Assembly: GCA_002189035.1 (NCBI GenBank)
Contig: NEEC01000002.1
Location: forward strand, 2,976,001-3,040,000
Direction: 5' to 3'
Source: Utricularia gibba
Lineage: Eukaryota > Plantae > Magnoliophyta
DNA length: 64,000 bases
Part shown: positions 62,151-64,000 of the stretch, piece after piece
Layout of the letters: each line of letters begins with the position of its first letter
Numbering within the stretch: position 1 is the stretch's first letter
The notes under the pieces: model-generated
Database searches by the model: none
What the model was told of the DNA's origin: nothing
The model's input: only the letters and a program-made list of their open reading frames with translations
Position numbers and translations under genes: made by a program

Positions 62151-64000
62151 CAACCATGCCCATGCATATACCCGATGACTGTATGTACATCACAAAACTA
62201 CGCGAGAGTGATTTATGGGTAAATCATGCCCGTGAGCATACTCGACAGCCACATATACATTACAAACCAACCACACGGGCGTGTCACGCCTGTGGATGCG
62301 TGCATACATCACAAAGCCACACGGGCGTGATACATAAACAACGGCCGTGTGGTTCAGTTGTCTATGCATATATAGTTTAATTGATATATTTTAATTAATA
62401 AATTTATGGATCAAGCGTTAGATTTCAATTTAATGATAAATTGTGTATTTTTATAAAATTTAAATTAATTAAAATTTTGAAAGTTCAATTAATTTACATT
62501 AATTTTAATTTTTATATCAATAAGAATATAAAATCAAAATATCAATTATATATATATTTACAATTTTTATTGTAGTATATATGATATATTAAAATTTTAT
62601 AACATAATTTTTTAATTATTATCAATATCATTTTTTATATTGATAAATGAATAAAATATACTAATTTTATTTATCATAAATTAAAAAAAGAAATATATGT
62701 AAATTTCTCATACATTTATGTACAATGTATAGATTTCTATATATATTTTTTGATAATAGGTATAATTCTAACAGATTTGAAAAAAAATAGTGGAAAGAAT
62801 GAGATTAAATGAAATTAATATATATAATTTTAACAAGTAGTTTGCAAAATACATAATGTTTTACAAACTATTTTCTAAATATATGATGTTTTATAAAATA
62901 TAAACCAAAACAGTTTTATAAATTAATACTAATATTTATAATGAAATTTCGTTTATTAACATTAAATTTATATTTGTATATAATAGATAAAAAATATTTA
63001 TTTTGATAATTATTATAATACCATAATTTATACTTACTCATATAAAGAAATGAAATATAATTTTTTTAGTAAAGATACTTGTGATATTTTTGAAAATATT
63101 TTCAATTAATTGATGAAAATTGAATATTAATCTATTGAAAAATGAAGAAAACCTTTAAAATGCTAATAATTTGAAAAGTAATTTATCTTTTAATATTTTT
63201 TGATATTCCAAATCAACAGTTTTTAATATTTTATATAATATTAAATTAAATATTACATATATTTTTATATATTACAATTATATAAAAAACCTTTGTAAAT
63301 TTTTAATTTATAAATTATATGTATTTTACAAATAGTTTAGAAAATATCATAATTTTGTAAACTATTTGTAAAATATCGGGTATTTTCCAAATGAGTTTCT
63401 ATAACTATATGGACAAATCCACCCAATCTAGAAGAAGTATGTTGGGCTAACCATGAAAATCGACACAGAAGGGTGTACTTCAATGCTCAGATCGTTGATA
63501 GTCAAAGTAGAATAAGATCTACTTCGATTATCAAATGTCGTTGCAATAGCATGCAATGTAAGCAGATAAATTTTGGACGTATGCTCAAAATTCATATAAT
63601 TCAGTATATTATAATCATTTATTCTCTTTTACATCAGTGTGTAAAATTACATATTTAGAGAATTTACGTTTAACTTATTTAAAATATTCAACATATTCTC
63701 CTTTAACATGTATATTCAAATTAATAACAACGTAAATACTTGGATTGAACATTATCGTTAGTTTAACTATCACTTCTATATATTTTTATCAAGAGTATTT
63801 ATCAAGATACAACAGTCAACAAGCAATAATTCATATGGTACTTGACATGAGATGTTAGAATAAACATATGGAGGTTTATAAGATGAGTAGAATGAACTTT
63901 TGACATTGACACATGCATAATATTTTATATATGCCAAGATAGTTTAGATTACTTTATTAAAATTCTTTGATTTAAGGTTTTATTATATCTTATATATTAT

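Overview
AT-rich plant nuclear DNA, probably a core eudicot because the MADS remnant is euAP1-type (inference). The left ~44 kb is dominated by decayed transposons: a complete TRIM, three Ty1/copia bodies plus fragments, a Cassandra-like element whose LTRs carry 5S rDNA-derived sequence, a Tekay/Del chromovirus, two related Athila-type LTRs (one inside an env-like/LTR/gag arrangement) and a Mutator (MULE) relic; two more MULE relics lie at ~53 kb and ~61 kb. Six intact-looking genes are present: a small membrane protein (10.7-11.1 kb), an acidic uncharacterised protein (26.8-27.3 kb), a CRF-type AP2/ERF factor, an FLX-like coiled-coil protein, a compact spliced 101-aa uncharacterised protein, and RPL23A. 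Two pseudogenes are not called by the ORF track: a multi-exon AP1/SQUA-like MADS-box gene (1-2014, minus) with a TRIM in exon 3 and a copia LTR abutting its start, and a DUF1218/Fb34-type gene (47.9-48.3 kb). The most unusual items are the 5S-bearing element with an internal domain of over 1.1 kb, two copia elements primed by tRNA-Phe and tRNA-Trp rather than initiator Met, and the single-LTR, circularly permuted Athila layout. I found no convincing wholly new biological system. All family, tRNA/5S and Arabidopsis locus assignments are from remembered motifs and were not searched.
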